Part shown: one piece after another, positions 47,442 to 57,951 of the stretch | Numbering within the stretch: position 1 is the first letter of the stretch | Layout of the letters: every line of letters begins with the position of its first letter | Assembly: GCA_050011565.1 (NCBI GenBank) | Contig: JBEKIW010000004.1 | Span: 32,001-96,000 of the forward strand | Direction: 5' to 3' | Source of the DNA: Dehalococcoidia bacterium | GTDB taxonomy: Bacteria > Chloroflexota > Dehalococcoidia > GIF9 > UBA5629 | Length of the DNA: 64,000 nucleotides | The notes under the pieces: model-generated | Told to the model about the DNA's origin: nothing | What the model saw: the letters and a program-made list of their open reading frames with translations, nothing else | Database searches by the model: none | Program-made: the position numbers and the translations under genes

Positions 47442-47999
47442 TTAGACCTCCATTATCTCCTTTTCTTTGGTTTGTCCTATATTGTTTATTTTGTCCACGA
47501 AGTTGTCAGTAAGCTTTTGAAGCTGTTCAGAAGCACGTGCGCATTGGTCTTGTGATATTCCCTTGTCCTTTTCTGACTGCCTCAATTTTTCGATACCTTC
47601 GCGTCTTAAATTACGAAGAGCAATCCTAGAGTCTTCCAACCTTTTGTGAACTGCTTTGGTTAACTCTTTACGGCGTTCTTCGGTGAGCGGCGGAATGGGT
47701 ATGCGCAGAACACGGCTGTCGCTTATTGGATTCAGGCCGAGGTCAGAGGTGAGAATGGCTTTCTCAATGCTTTTGATTGAACTACTGTCCCAGGGCTGTA
47801 TAAGTATCATTTTGGCATCAGGGATTGAGATAGAAGCCATTTGGTTGATTGGAGTGAGGATGCCGTGATAATCAGCTTTTATATGCTCTACTAGAGCCGG
47901 TGAGGCACGTCCCGTTCGGATGGTCGCCAGGTCTCGGGTCAAAGCTTCGACAGCCTTTTGCATTTTGCCGTTGATTTCAGTGAGTATTTGCTCAATCAT
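47442..47999 (-). CDS. frr: Ribosome recycling factor
   Basis: IRTGRASP, IQPWD, PPLTEERRKEL. Confidence 0.98.
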   Translation of the reverse strand: MIEQILTEINGKMQKAVEALTRDLATIRTGRASPALVEHIKADYHGILTPINQMASISIPDAKMILIQPWDSSSIKSIEKAILTSDLGLNPISDSRVLRIPIPPLTEERRKELTKAVHKRLEDSRIALRNLRREGIEKLRQSEKDKGISQDQCARASEQLQKLTDNFVDKINNIGQTKEKEIMEV

Positions 48000-48001
48000 T
48001 T

Positions 48002-49244
<1,243 letters not shown>

Positions 49245-49283
49245 GTTTCTCCTCCTTAATATATGGGTGGTATTATTGCTTTC

Positions 49284-50069
49284 CTATTTATTTTCATCTG
49301 GTGTAAAGATATGTGATTCCAGTAGTTGGCCCGGTTCTGTATCGGTTGGAGTGAGCTCAGCCCTTCCTATTTCGCCGGTCTCTTTAATCATCTTGCCTTC
49401 AAGAACGGCATCAGCTATCTTGCTGCATATAAGTTTTATAGCCTTTATGGCATCATCGTTAGCTGGAATCAGGTAATCGATATCTTCCGGATCACAATTA
49501 GTGTCCACAATAGCCACTACCGGTATGCCGACCTTTTTTGTTTCAGCCAGAGCTATCTTTTCCTTAGTTGGGTCTATGATAAATATGGCGCCAGGAAGGG
49601 TAGTCATTTCCTTAAAGCCGCCAAGAAGCTTATTTAGCCGGGCTATTTCCTTTTCAACCTTCATTTTTTCTTTCTTAGACAGGTAATCTAACTCACCTTT
49701 ATCCCTTTGGTCTTCGAGACGCACCAGATAATCTATTCTCGCCTGGATAGTGCTGAAGTTAGTTAACATTCCGCCCAGCCATCTTTGGTTGACATAATAC
49801 ATACCACACCGTTTGGCTTCATCTTCTACTATTTCCTGAGCTTGCTTTTTAGTACCCACAAAGAGAATGCTTTGCCCATTGCTGACCAAATCTCTAACAT
49901 AATTATAGGCCCTGTCCAGCATGACTACGGTCTGTTCTAAGTCGATAATGTGGATACCGTTGCGCTGTGTAAATATATAGCTTTTCATACGTGGATGCCA
50001 GTGGCCCGTGAGGTGTCCGAAATGAGCCCCGGCTTCCAGTAGTTGTTTAACTGAGATAGACTCCGCCAA
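49284..50069 (-). CDS. rpsB: 30S ribosomal protein S2
   Basis: [39 protein letters not shown]. Confidence 0.98.
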   Translation of the reverse strand: MAESISVKQLLEAGAHFGHLTGHWHPRMKSYIFTQRNGIHIIDLEQTVVMLDRAYNYVRDLVSNGQSILFVGTKKQAQEIVEDEAKRCGMYYVNQRWLGGMLTNFSTIQARIDYLVRLEDQRDKGELDYLSKKEKMKVEKEIARLNKLLGGFKEMTTLPGAIFIIDPTKEKIALAETKKVGIPVVAIVDTNCDPEDIDYLIPANDDAIKAIKLICSKIADAVLEGKMIKETGEIGRAELTPTDTEPGQLLESHIFTPDENK

Positions 50070-50149
50070 ATTGTAACCTCCTAATCATATTAAACAGGTG
50101 AAACCAAGTTTTTGCGACTTACATAGGATTTTTGCCAAAGCCGCTCATC

Positions 50150-50178
50150 AGTATAACATAAGGTGATTTCTGAGGCAA
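50150..50178 (-). promoter_or_regulatory. rpsB operon promoter (extended -10)
   Basis: TTGCCT-17 bp-TATACT with TG one base upstream of the -10. Confidence 0.6.
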
Positions 50179-50294
50179 TTGAACACATGGGACGTTCATT
50201 TAAAATTAAGGTGGTCTGATAACCCAAATGAGATGATTCAGTCACCCAGGACAATTTAGTAGATATGTCAAAACCTTTCAACGTTAAGGTAAAG

Positions 50295-50325
50295 ACTTAG
50301 CCCCTCTAGATAAGAGGGGCTAAGT
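50295..50325. terminator. Hairpin downstream of the acyl-CoA dehydrogenase pair
   Basis: ACTTAGCCCCTCT-AGATA-AGAGGGGCTAAGT, a perfect 13-bp inverted repeat followed by CTTT on the minus strand. Confidence 0.8.
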
Positions 50326-50350
50326 GAAGTGCCCTTGCAGCGGGAAGCTC

Positions 50351-51484
50351 TTATTTTAAACCAATTTCCCGGGCTACCAGCTCCCTGTGGTAGTCAGTAC
50401 TACCGAAAGAGGTGTCTGCAGCTTTTGACCTGCGATAATAAAGTGGTATATCGTGGTCATAGCTGGTGGCAATACCGCCGTGTAATCTTATTGCCCATTG
50501 TCCCACATCCTTATAAACCTCGTTGATATATGCCTTTGCCAAGGAGGCTTCTTTGGCACAGGGTTGTCCCTCTGATTCCATCCAGGCTGCCTGATAGACT
50601 AAATAACGGCCGGTTTGCATTGACGTCCACATGTTAGCCATTATGTGCTGAAGTGCCTGGAAGGCTCCGATAGGTCTTTCGTACTGAACCCTTTCTTTTG
50701 AGTACGCGACGGTCATTTCGATGCATGTTTGCATGGCCCCGACGGACTCTGCGCACTTAGCAATAGACCCTTTGCGCAACATCATTTCCACAATAGGCCA
50801 TCCTGCGTCTATCTTGCCCAGCATGTTTTTCTTGGGTACAGCTACGTTCTCAAAGCGCACCTCGCACAGTTTATCTGCGCCTATAGTTGGTATTACTTCG
50901 CAGTGTATTCCAGGGGTCTTGGAGTTCACTAGAAACAGTGTGATTCCTTTCTCTGGAGAATCCCCGTCTTTGGTTCGGGTAACACAGACGATATAATTAG
51001 CAACATGGGCCATTTCAACAAAGAGCTTTGTGCCATTTATTATGAAGTCATCCCCTTTAGGTGTTGCTTTGACGGAAATTCCAGAAGCATCGAAGGTCCC
51101 TTCAGCCTCCAGAAGCGCCATAGTCATAATCAAACCTCCGCTGGCTATTTTGGGTAGGAACTCTTTCTTTTGTTCCTCGGTCCCGGCTTCCAGGATAGGG
51201 AAGGTACTTATTACCGTAGGAATCAGCGGTCCCGGGAGTATATTTCTGCCTACCTCCTCTAACAGGACTGTCAGGTCCTGGAAGGTATAACCAATACCCT
51301 CGTATTGTTCAGGGATAACCAACGCCATCCATCCCAGCTCAGCCATCTTCTTCCAGAGCTCGGGGGAATATCCCTTCTCACTCTTTTCAAGCTCTCTCAC
51401 CAGAGTTTTTGGGCATTCCGTGGTAAGGAAGTCCCGTGATGCTTTCTTCAGAATCTCTTGTGCTTCAGTAAATCTAAGGTCCAT
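50351..51484 (-). CDS. Acyl-CoA dehydrogenase family protein (partner subunit type)
   Basis: ACAD fold: LWKKMAELGW, NGTKLFV, R.Q..RPIG.FQALQH, HGGI. Confidence 0.9.
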   Translation of the reverse strand: MDLRFTEAQEILKKASRDFLTTECPKTLVRELEKSEKGYSPELWKKMAELGWMALVIPEQYEGIGYTFQDLTVLLEEVGRNILPGPLIPTVISTFPILEAGTEEQKKEFLPKIASGGLIMTMALLEAEGTFDASGISVKATPKGDDFIINGTKLFVEMAHVANYIVCVTRTKDGDSPEKGITLFLVNSKTPGIHCEVIPTIGADKLCEVRFENVAVPKKNMLGKIDAGWPIVEMMLRKGSIAKCAESVGAMQTCIEMTVAYSKERVQYERPIGAFQALQHIMANMWTSMQTGRYLVYQAAWMESEGQPCAKEASLAKAYINEVYKDVGQWAIRLHGGIATSYDHDIPLYYRRSKAADTSFGSTDYHRELVAREIGLK

Positions 51485-51507
51485 GATTCCTCCTATCGAA
51501 ACTTAAT

Positions 51508-52692
51508 TTATTTCATCCGGGGTAAGCCCAAGCCGTACCAGGCGATGATATTCCTTTGTATCTCGTTTGTACCCATGGAGATTATGGTTACGAAACACTC
51601 TTGGAATTTTTTCTCCCAGGCTCCGTGCATTGGGGCCCAGCGGGAGTTTTTGACCTGACCATACGGGCCTGCGATGTCAGTGGCAACGAAAGCGAAGCGC
51701 TCGCCTAGCTCACTATAGAATATCTTTGCTGCTGACGCATCCATCAGTGCCATCTCGTTCCTGTTTTGCAAGTCAGCTATTCGATAGGCGATGGCTTTGG
51801 CTGCTTCCAGTTCGCAGGCTAGCTGTGCCACCCGGTTGCGTACCAACGGGTCTTTCGACAGAAGTTTCCCGTTCCGTTTGGTTGTATTACAAAATTCGAC
51901 CAGCTCTTCTAGTTCGCGGTACATGCCCATGATTTCACCCATTCCAGACCTCTCGAAGCCGGCTAAGAGATTGACTATAGCCCAGCCTTCGTTTTCCTGG
52001 CCCACGATGTTTTTCGCCGGCACATGAACATCATCGAAGTAAACTTCAGCAAACGGGGCATCGCCATCAATATAGGGAATGGGTCGTACTGTTACGCCAG
52101 GGGTTTTCATATCGAGCAAGAGGAAGGTGATATTGTGGTGTTTGCGAGCTGCTGGGTCTGTCTTAAATACTCCAAACCCCCAATCAGCCCGATGAGCACC
52201 GGTATTCCAGGTCTTCTGGCCATTAATAACGTATTCATCACCCTTTTTTATTGCGGTGGCTGACAGAGTGGCCAAATCCGAGCCCGCATTTGGTTCGCTC
52301 CACAATTCGCACCACATAACCTCTCCTCGTGCAATGGGCGGCAGAAATTCTTTCTTTATTGGGTCGCTTGCCGCCTGTAGAAGGGTAGGAGCGAGCATTT
52401 GGATTCCAAAGATATCGACTCCAGGAATCCCGTGATATCCTCTTGCTTCGGCGAAGAGGACTTTGTCCATCATGGTGCCACTACCGCCGTATTCAGCGGG
52501 CCAGGCTAGACCAAGCCATCCCTTTTTAGCGAATTCCTTGGCGCAGTAAAGGTGGAATTGCCAGCATTCATCAACCTCAAACACGGCCTCCAATCCGATA
52601 AAACTTGCCGGCCTTTTTTTCTCGAGCTCCTTACAGAAATCGAAATACTCCTTTCTGTGCGCCTTTTCTTCTTGTGTTAGCTCAAAATCCAT
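51508..52692 (-). CDS. Acyl-CoA dehydrogenase family protein
   Basis: WPAEYGG, SEPNAGSDLA, NGQKTW, FER, GTNEIQRNIIA..GLGLPR. Confidence 0.92.
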   Translation of the reverse strand: MDFELTQEEKAHRKEYFDFCKELEKKRPASFIGLEAVFEVDECWQFHLYCAKEFAKKGWLGLAWPAEYGGSGTMMDKVLFAEARGYHGIPGVDIFGIQMLAPTLLQAASDPIKKEFLPPIARGEVMWCELWSEPNAGSDLATLSATAIKKGDEYVINGQKTWNTGAHRADWGFGVFKTDPAARKHHNITFLLLDMKTPGVTVRPIPYIDGDAPFAEVYFDDVHVPAKNIVGQENEGWAIVNLLAGFERSGMGEIMGMYRELEELVEFCNTTKRNGKLLSKDPLVRNRVAQLACELEAAKAIAYRIADLQNRNEMALMDASAAKIFYSELGERFAFVATDIAGPYGQVKNSRWAPMHGAWEKKFQECFVTIISMGTNEIQRNIIAWYGLGLPRMK

Positions 52693-52965
52693 GTGTGCCT
52701 CCTTTAAATGTTAAACTCCCTATGAAAGTGCCGCTGACAAGAGTTGATGTCGACCATCGACCACTAGTCAATCGCCGCACCTAGGTTTCTAATCCATCTC
52801 AATTTGCTGTATCTAGTCTCAATTCCGAAGATTACCGACAATCTTCGTACGGGCAAATGCACTGATTGAGTCTCGGAAAAACCTTCTAAGCTCAACCCTC
52901 AATTACGCCCGTATATTATAATATAGATTTCGTCGTTTGGAAAGTATCTGATATCTCGTACTTAC

Positions 52966-53796
52966 CTAGGTCGACCGGTGATGGATTTCTTCAATTTTGT
53001 AATGCAGGATACCGGCCGGTGCCTTTACCTCGACGTTTTGCCCTTTTATACATCCGAGCAAGGCTTGACCCATGGGTGAGGCAACTGAGATTTTGCCTTC
53101 CATTGCATTAGCTTCACTGATATCAACAAGTGTATAGCGTACCTGTTCTCCTGAAGCTATATCCCGTAGCACCGCCGTATCACCAAAACTTATTTCTCGG
53201 CTACCGGCTTGTTGCTCGTCCACTAAAGCAACCATTTTCAGAGTTGATTCCAGCTGTTTAATACGCGCCTCTACGTGTCCTTGATGCTCCCTGGCCGCTT
53301 CAAGAGGCGCATTTTCGCGGAAATCCTTATCTGAGGCAGCTTTCTTCAGTTCTTCAGCTATACGCGGGCGACCTTTTTTAAGGCTGTTAAGCTCCGCCTG
53401 TAAATCAGTGTAACCTTGATTAGTCAGCAATACCTTCCGGTAGGAGCGCCGTTTTATAGACGTAGATTTGGGTGGTGTTTTTTTGCTCTTCAGATGGACT
53501 GCAAGGTTCTTTTTGGTCATGCCCTGCTTGTGTATGTAAGTAAGAAAGTTTTTAATTATCCCTAATTTCTCGGCTACTTCAGTCGTTGAAGAGGTGATCT
53601 GCTCAGCATAGTTGGCGACTTCCGGAATGGTTAGCCCGATCAGCGGGCGTTTTTCTCCATACCAACGTACAAATTTGTATACTTCTTGTTGGGCTTTTAG
53701 CCTTTCGTCTGAGGATAATGTTAGAAGAAACTGAGTGGCAGCCTCTCCTAGACTATAATCAGATAGAGCTGAATCAGGTGTGTTTTTTGAGGCCAT
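52966..53796 (-). CDS. greA: Transcription elongation factor GreA with an extra ~120 aa N-terminal domain
   Basis: C-terminal LT..GY..L..EL, DFRENAPL.AA, ISVASPMG.ALLG; additional helical N-terminal domain. Confidence 0.88.
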   Translation of the reverse strand: MASKNTPDSALSDYSLGEAATQFLLTLSSDERLKAQQEVYKFVRWYGEKRPLIGLTIPEVANYAEQITSSTTEVAEKLGIIKNFLTYIHKQGMTKKNLAVHLKSKKTPPKSTSIKRRSYRKVLLTNQGYTDLQAELNSLKKGRPRIAEELKKAASDKDFRENAPLEAAREHQGHVEARIKQLESTLKMVALVDEQQAGSREISFGDTAVLRDIASGEQVRYTLVDISEANAMEGKISVASPMGQALLGCIKGQNVEVKAPAGILHYKIEEIHHRST

Positions 53797-53881
53797 CCCT
53801 TTGCTCTAAGACGGCGTTAATAATAGAACATGGAGACGGGCTGTGTCAAATATAGCGGGAATTCAGGTTTCTGATACCTCG

Positions 53882-54766
53882 CTATGATGATACTGCGTAG
53901 CCTATAAACTTGTAGGCCAGTTTAGCTGCCAGAAAGGCGCAGGAATCGGTGTAGTCCTTGGGGCACAGTTCCACCAGGTCGAAACCAATGACACGTTTAT
54001 GACGAGTTACATAACTTAATAAATTCAGGACTTCGTGCCATTGCATTCCGCCTGGTTCAGGAGTGCCCACTGCCGGCATAACTGAAAGGTCAAAGACGTC
54101 TAAATCGATTGATACGTACACGTTGTCGCTTAATGAGGTTGTTATATTCTCAGGTGGAGCTAAATCTGAGCTTGATGTTGTGATATAGAAGGGATGCATT
54201 TTATTTTGGGTTAAAAACTCCCGCTCCTCCAAACTTAAGCTTCGTACTCCAACTTGCACGATAGGGCAGAGTTCATGAATACGGCGCATTACGCAGGCAT
54301 GGCTATATTTGGTTCCTAAATATTCGTCTCTGAGGTCGGCATGTGCATCTAGCTGCAGCACACAAACATCCTGCATCTTTTCTTTCAGGGCTTGAACCAT
54401 GCCGAGGCTAAGGGAGTGCTCACCGCCAAACATTACAGGGAATTTCCCTTGTTTTACCAGTTCACCCGCAATACGATAAACCCGTTCAATCATCTTTTCC
54501 GGGCTATTTAACAAGGGTTGGACTGCCGGTAAAGTATGAATTCCGACTTTATATATCTCGCGGTTGAGTTCAATATCATAAAGTTCTAAATATTGCGAAG
54601 CGTTGATAATAGCCTGCGGCCCTTCGCGCGTGCCGCTATGCCATTCGGTAGTGCTGTCATAGGGCACTGGTAAAATCACCACTCTGGCAGTTTGCACGTC
54701 GGAGTAAGGGGATGACAATCCGGCGAAGTTTTGCCCGGGGGAGAGCAGGTCCTCTATGTTTTCCAT
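53882..54766 (-). CDS. speB: Agmatinase
   Basis: GGEHS, DAHADLRD, SIDLDVFD, GTPEPGG. Confidence 0.93.
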   Translation of the reverse strand: MENIEDLLSPGQNFAGLSSPYSDVQTARVVILPVPYDSTTEWHSGTREGPQAIINASQYLELYDIELNREIYKVGIHTLPAVQPLLNSPEKMIERVYRIAGELVKQGKFPVMFGGEHSLSLGMVQALKEKMQDVCVLQLDAHADLRDEYLGTKYSHACVMRRIHELCPIVQVGVRSLSLEEREFLTQNKMHPFYITTSSSDLAPPENITTSLSDNVYVSIDLDVFDLSVMPAVGTPEPGGMQWHEVLNLLSYVTRHKRVIGFDLVELCPKDYTDSCAFLAAKLAYKFIGYAVSS

Positions 54767-54769
54767 ATC

Positions 54770-55165
54770 TCAAACTGAGCGGAGTTGAGCCGTATCCGCA
54801 ACTTCGGGGAGTTCAGCCATCTTCCAATCGCGGTTTATAAGGCGACTTGACAGTCTAGTTAGTTGAAATTTGTCCTTGAAGTCCTTCACGACCTGCTCGG
54901 CATTAAAATTCTTGCAGGAGAAAACGTCTATATTTATGTAACAACGTTCGACGAAAGTATGAATGCTGACATGGCTTTCGGCGATAAAAACGAATCCGGA
55001 TATTCCCCAGTCTTCAGGCTTCGAGCCGATGTATTTAAAAACGTGCGGAGATGAAATCTTTGTCATGTCAATCCGGGCAGGATATGAGTCCAACAGTTGA
55101 TAGATAAATTGCTCATCCTGCATTAATCTTGGATTATCTCCATAGCCATCAATAGTCAGATGCAT
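54770..55165 (-). CDS. speD: Pyruvoyl-dependent decarboxylase of the S-adenosylmethionine decarboxylase (SpeD) family
   Basis: MHLTIDGY, IAESHVSIHTF, IDVFSC; substrate uncertain. Confidence 0.85.
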   Translation of the reverse strand: MHLTIDGYGDNPRLMQDEQFIYQLLDSYPARIDMTKISSPHVFKYIGSKPEDWGISGFVFIAESHVSIHTFVERCYINIDVFSCKNFNAEQVVKDFKDKFQLTRLSSRLINRDWKMAELPEVADTAQLRSV

Positions 55166-55173
55166 GGTTCCCC

Positions 55174-56397
55174 CTAAAGCAAAATTCTCCTTAGCTCGAA
55201 AAGTGCTGCCGTGACCGCTCTTTGCTTTATTTGTAGGCGGTTACCAGGGTAGTTTTTAGCAAAACTCTGCTTACTCCGCCCGTCATCAAGGCTAACAAAG
55301 ATGGTACCGATTGACTGCCCCTCAATTTCAGCGGGCCCCATTACCCCGGTGAGACCGACACCGATAGATGTCCTGAGCGTTTCTCTAGCCGTTGTTGCCA
55401 TAGCCTCGCATGTTTCCATGCTTACAGTTCCGTATCGAGATATACACTGCGGGTCAAGGCCGAAAGCCGCTCTCGACGCTTCGCTATAAGCAACCAGTCC
55501 TCCCGCAAAATATTTAGAGCTGCCGGGAACATTGGTGATAACATTGGCTAAAGAACCACCAGTATAAGACTCCATAGTGGCAAGGGTTAGCTTTTTGGAC
55601 GACAGTAAATTTCCGACGATGCTCTCCAGTGTTTCAGGGTCTGTTCCCCATATATAATCATTTAAAATCCCCCTGATGTCACTTTCTCGTTGGTTAATAA
55701 GCTTTTGCGCTTTGTCTTCGGTCTGTGCTTTAGCCGTGATGCGCAGGTAAATGCCATCAATTTTAGCATACGTAGCCAATGTCGGATTTGTAGAGGGAAG
55801 AAACGGGCTTGCTCTCTCGTCTACCTCTGCTTCGGTCAGGCCGAAGGTCTTAAGGGTTTTGGAAACAATTACAGCGCCGGATGACCTCTGTTGCAACCTG
55901 GGCACTATTTCTTTCGTCCACATCAATTCCATCTCACGTGGTGGGCCAGGCATGGTAATAATTATTCGATTATCGTTTTCCACCCACCAGCCCGGTGCGG
56001 TGCCCCTGGGGTTCGGGACAATTTCTGCTGAGGGAATTACTGTAGCCTGCTTGATGTTGCTTGGTGGCATTTCTCTCTTGAAATATCTGAATAGCTCTTC
56101 GAATTTCTGGACGAGAGCGTAGTCAACCGTAAGTTTTTCTCCGAGGAACTCAGCTATTGCTTCTCGAGTGATATCATCTTGGGTCGGTCCTAAACCGCCG
56201 GTAGTGATAATGATATCGGATCTTTGCCATCCTTGCTTTAAGGTTTCGATTAGCCTGCCCTGGTTGTCGCCAACCATTGATATAAAGTTAAGGTCAAGGC
56301 CAAGCAAAGGTAGCTGGCTCGCGAGATAAGCGGAATTTGTATCGATGATGTCCCCCAAAAGAAGCTCGGTGCCAATCGAGATTATTTCTGCCTTCAT
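55174..56397 (-). CDS. cinA: Competence/damage-inducible protein CinA (MocF plus PncC domains)
   Basis: IGTELLLG, GGLGPTQDDIT, GTAPG, PGPPRE, ESYTGG. Confidence 0.95.
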   Translation of the reverse strand: MKAEIISIGTELLLGDIIDTNSAYLASQLPLLGLDLNFISMVGDNQGRLIETLKQGWQRSDIIITTGGLGPTQDDITREAIAEFLGEKLTVDYALVQKFEELFRYFKREMPPSNIKQATVIPSAEIVPNPRGTAPGWWVENDNRIIITMPGPPREMELMWTKEIVPRLQQRSSGAVIVSKTLKTFGLTEAEVDERASPFLPSTNPTLATYAKIDGIYLRITAKAQTEDKAQKLINQRESDIRGILNDYIWGTDPETLESIVGNLLSSKKLTLATMESYTGGSLANVITNVPGSSKYFAGGLVAYSEASRAAFGLDPQCISRYGTVSMETCEAMATTARETLRTSIGVGLTGVMGPAEIEGQSIGTIFVSLDDGRSKQSFAKNYPGNRLQIKQRAVTAALFELRRILL

Positions 56398-56417
56398 CGT
56401 AAGTCGTGCCCGTTACG

Positions 56418-57713
56418 TCAACATCTAATCGTAGAAATTCCCAAGTATTTCTCTACCAATGCCATGGCGCAGTACTTGCCGCACATACTACAGGCTGGCC
56501 CGCCAGCGCTATATTTACTATGAATTGTTTTAACTTTTTCAGGGTCTAAAGACAGCTCGGCCTGCAATTCCCAATCAAGGTTCTTCCTGGCCATTGACAT
56601 TTTCCTATCCCATTCACTGGCTCGTTTTGTGCCTCTAACGATGTCGGCGGCGTGGGCGGCAATGCGCGAAGCTATTACACCGATTTTTACATCTTCAACA
56701 TCCGGTAGTGAAAGATGTTCTGTGGGAGTGACATAACATAGAAAATCAGCTCCCGAAGCGGCAGCAATGGCACCGCCGATAGCTGCTGTAATGTGGTCAT
56801 AGCCGGCACCGATGTCTGTTACCAGCGGGCCGAGAACATAAAACGGAGCGCCGTGACAGAGGCTCTTCTCTAGCTGAACATTAGCGGCAATTTGATTTAA
56901 CGGTAGGTGTCCTGGTCCCTCAACCATTGTTTGCACCCCGGCTTCTCTACCACGATCTACGAGTTCTCCGAGAGTAATCAGCTCTTCAACTTGAGCCCGG
57001 TCGGTGGCATCAGCTATGCTGCCGGGACGCATGCCATCACCCAGACTTAGAGTTACGTCAAATTTACGGGCTATATCTAACAGACGGTCAAAGTATTCAT
57101 ACAGCGGGTTCTCGCGGTCGTTGTATAATATCCAACCGATAAGAAATGCGCCTCCACGGGAGACAACATCGGTTAATCTTTTCTGATGTTTTAATCGGGC
57201 TATGGCGGCTCGAGTGACGCCGCAATGTACAGTCATAAAGTCGACGCCATCCTTTGCCTGCTGCTCAATAACAGAGAAGATTTGGTCTACAGACATGTTT
57301 ACAATTGCACCATATCTTTCAATGGCTTCAATCCCTGTTTGGTATATCGGCACAGTACCTACAGGTAAAGTACTGGCAGCTATGATAGATTGGCGGATCG
57401 CTGAGATGTCGCCCCCGGTACTCAGATCCATAACCGCATCAGCACCAAAGCGTGTAGCGGTAAGGAGCTTTTCCAGCTCGCTGTCCATGTTGCCATACTC
57501 TGACGAAGTGCCGATGTTGGCATTGACCTTAACCGAAAGCTCTACACCAATGCCACGTGAAACCAGGCTAGTATGATTAATGTTAGACGGGATTACTATT
57601 TTACCTTCAGCCACGTATTGCCCGACAATCTCAGGGCTTACGCTTTCCTGTTGCGCTACGTGTTTCACTTGGGGTGATAGTATACCCCGGTTTGCCAACT
57701 CCAATTGACCCAT
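56418..57713 (-). CDS. thiC: Phosphomethylpyrimidine synthase
   Basis: [43 protein letters not shown]; preceded by a TPP riboswitch. Confidence 0.96.
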   Translation of the reverse strand: MGQLELANRGILSPQVKHVAQQESVSPEIVGQYVAEGKIVIPSNINHTSLVSRGIGVELSVKVNANIGTSSEYGNMDSELEKLLTATRFGADAVMDLSTGGDISAIRQSIIAASTLPVGTVPIYQTGIEAIERYGAIVNMSVDQIFSVIEQQAKDGVDFMTVHCGVTRAAIARLKHQKRLTDVVSRGGAFLIGWILYNDRENPLYEYFDRLLDIARKFDVTLSLGDGMRPGSIADATDRAQVEELITLGELVDRGREAGVQTMVEGPGHLPLNQIAANVQLEKSLCHGAPFYVLGPLVTDIGAGYDHITAAIGGAIAAASGADFLCYVTPTEHLSLPDVEDVKIGVIASRIAAHAADIVRGTKRASEWDRKMSMARKNLDWELQAELSLDPEKVKTIHSKYSAGGPACSMCGKYCAMALVEKYLGISTIRC

Positions 57714-57727
57714 GTTATCTCCTAAAG

Positions 57728-57771
57728 AAAAAAACCAAGAGCTTTAGTAACCACTACTAAACCCTTGGTTT
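57728..57771 (-). terminator. Terminator of the TPP riboswitch expression platform
   Basis: AAACCAAGGGTTTAGTA...TACTAAAGCTCTTGGTTTTTTT on the minus strand. Confidence 0.85.
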
Positions 57772-57776
57772 GATTT

Positions 57777-57875
57777 ACCGCTTCCCTACGCTTGTATTAC
57801 CAAGGTCAGGTTCTGACGGTTCTCCGCAATAACGGAGTCTCAGCCTGGTTTATTTTTCTGGGCACCCCTAGCGGT
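57777..57875 (-). ncRNA. TPP riboswitch
   Basis: ACCGCTAGGGGTGC...GGCTGAGA...GAACCTGA...TAATAC.AGCGTAGGGAAGCGGT upstream of thiC. Confidence 0.95.
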
Positions 57876-57951
57876 TAGCTAAAACCAATATTAAATATAT
57901 CATATAACGACGCTGAGAAACAAGTAAATTTTTAGCGAAACCATTGCTTGA

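Noticed and set aside
56418-57713. thiC as a bzaA/B/F (cobamide lower-ligand) paralog
   Set aside because: A TPP riboswitch, not a cobalamin riboswitch, lies directly upstream, supporting true ThiC.
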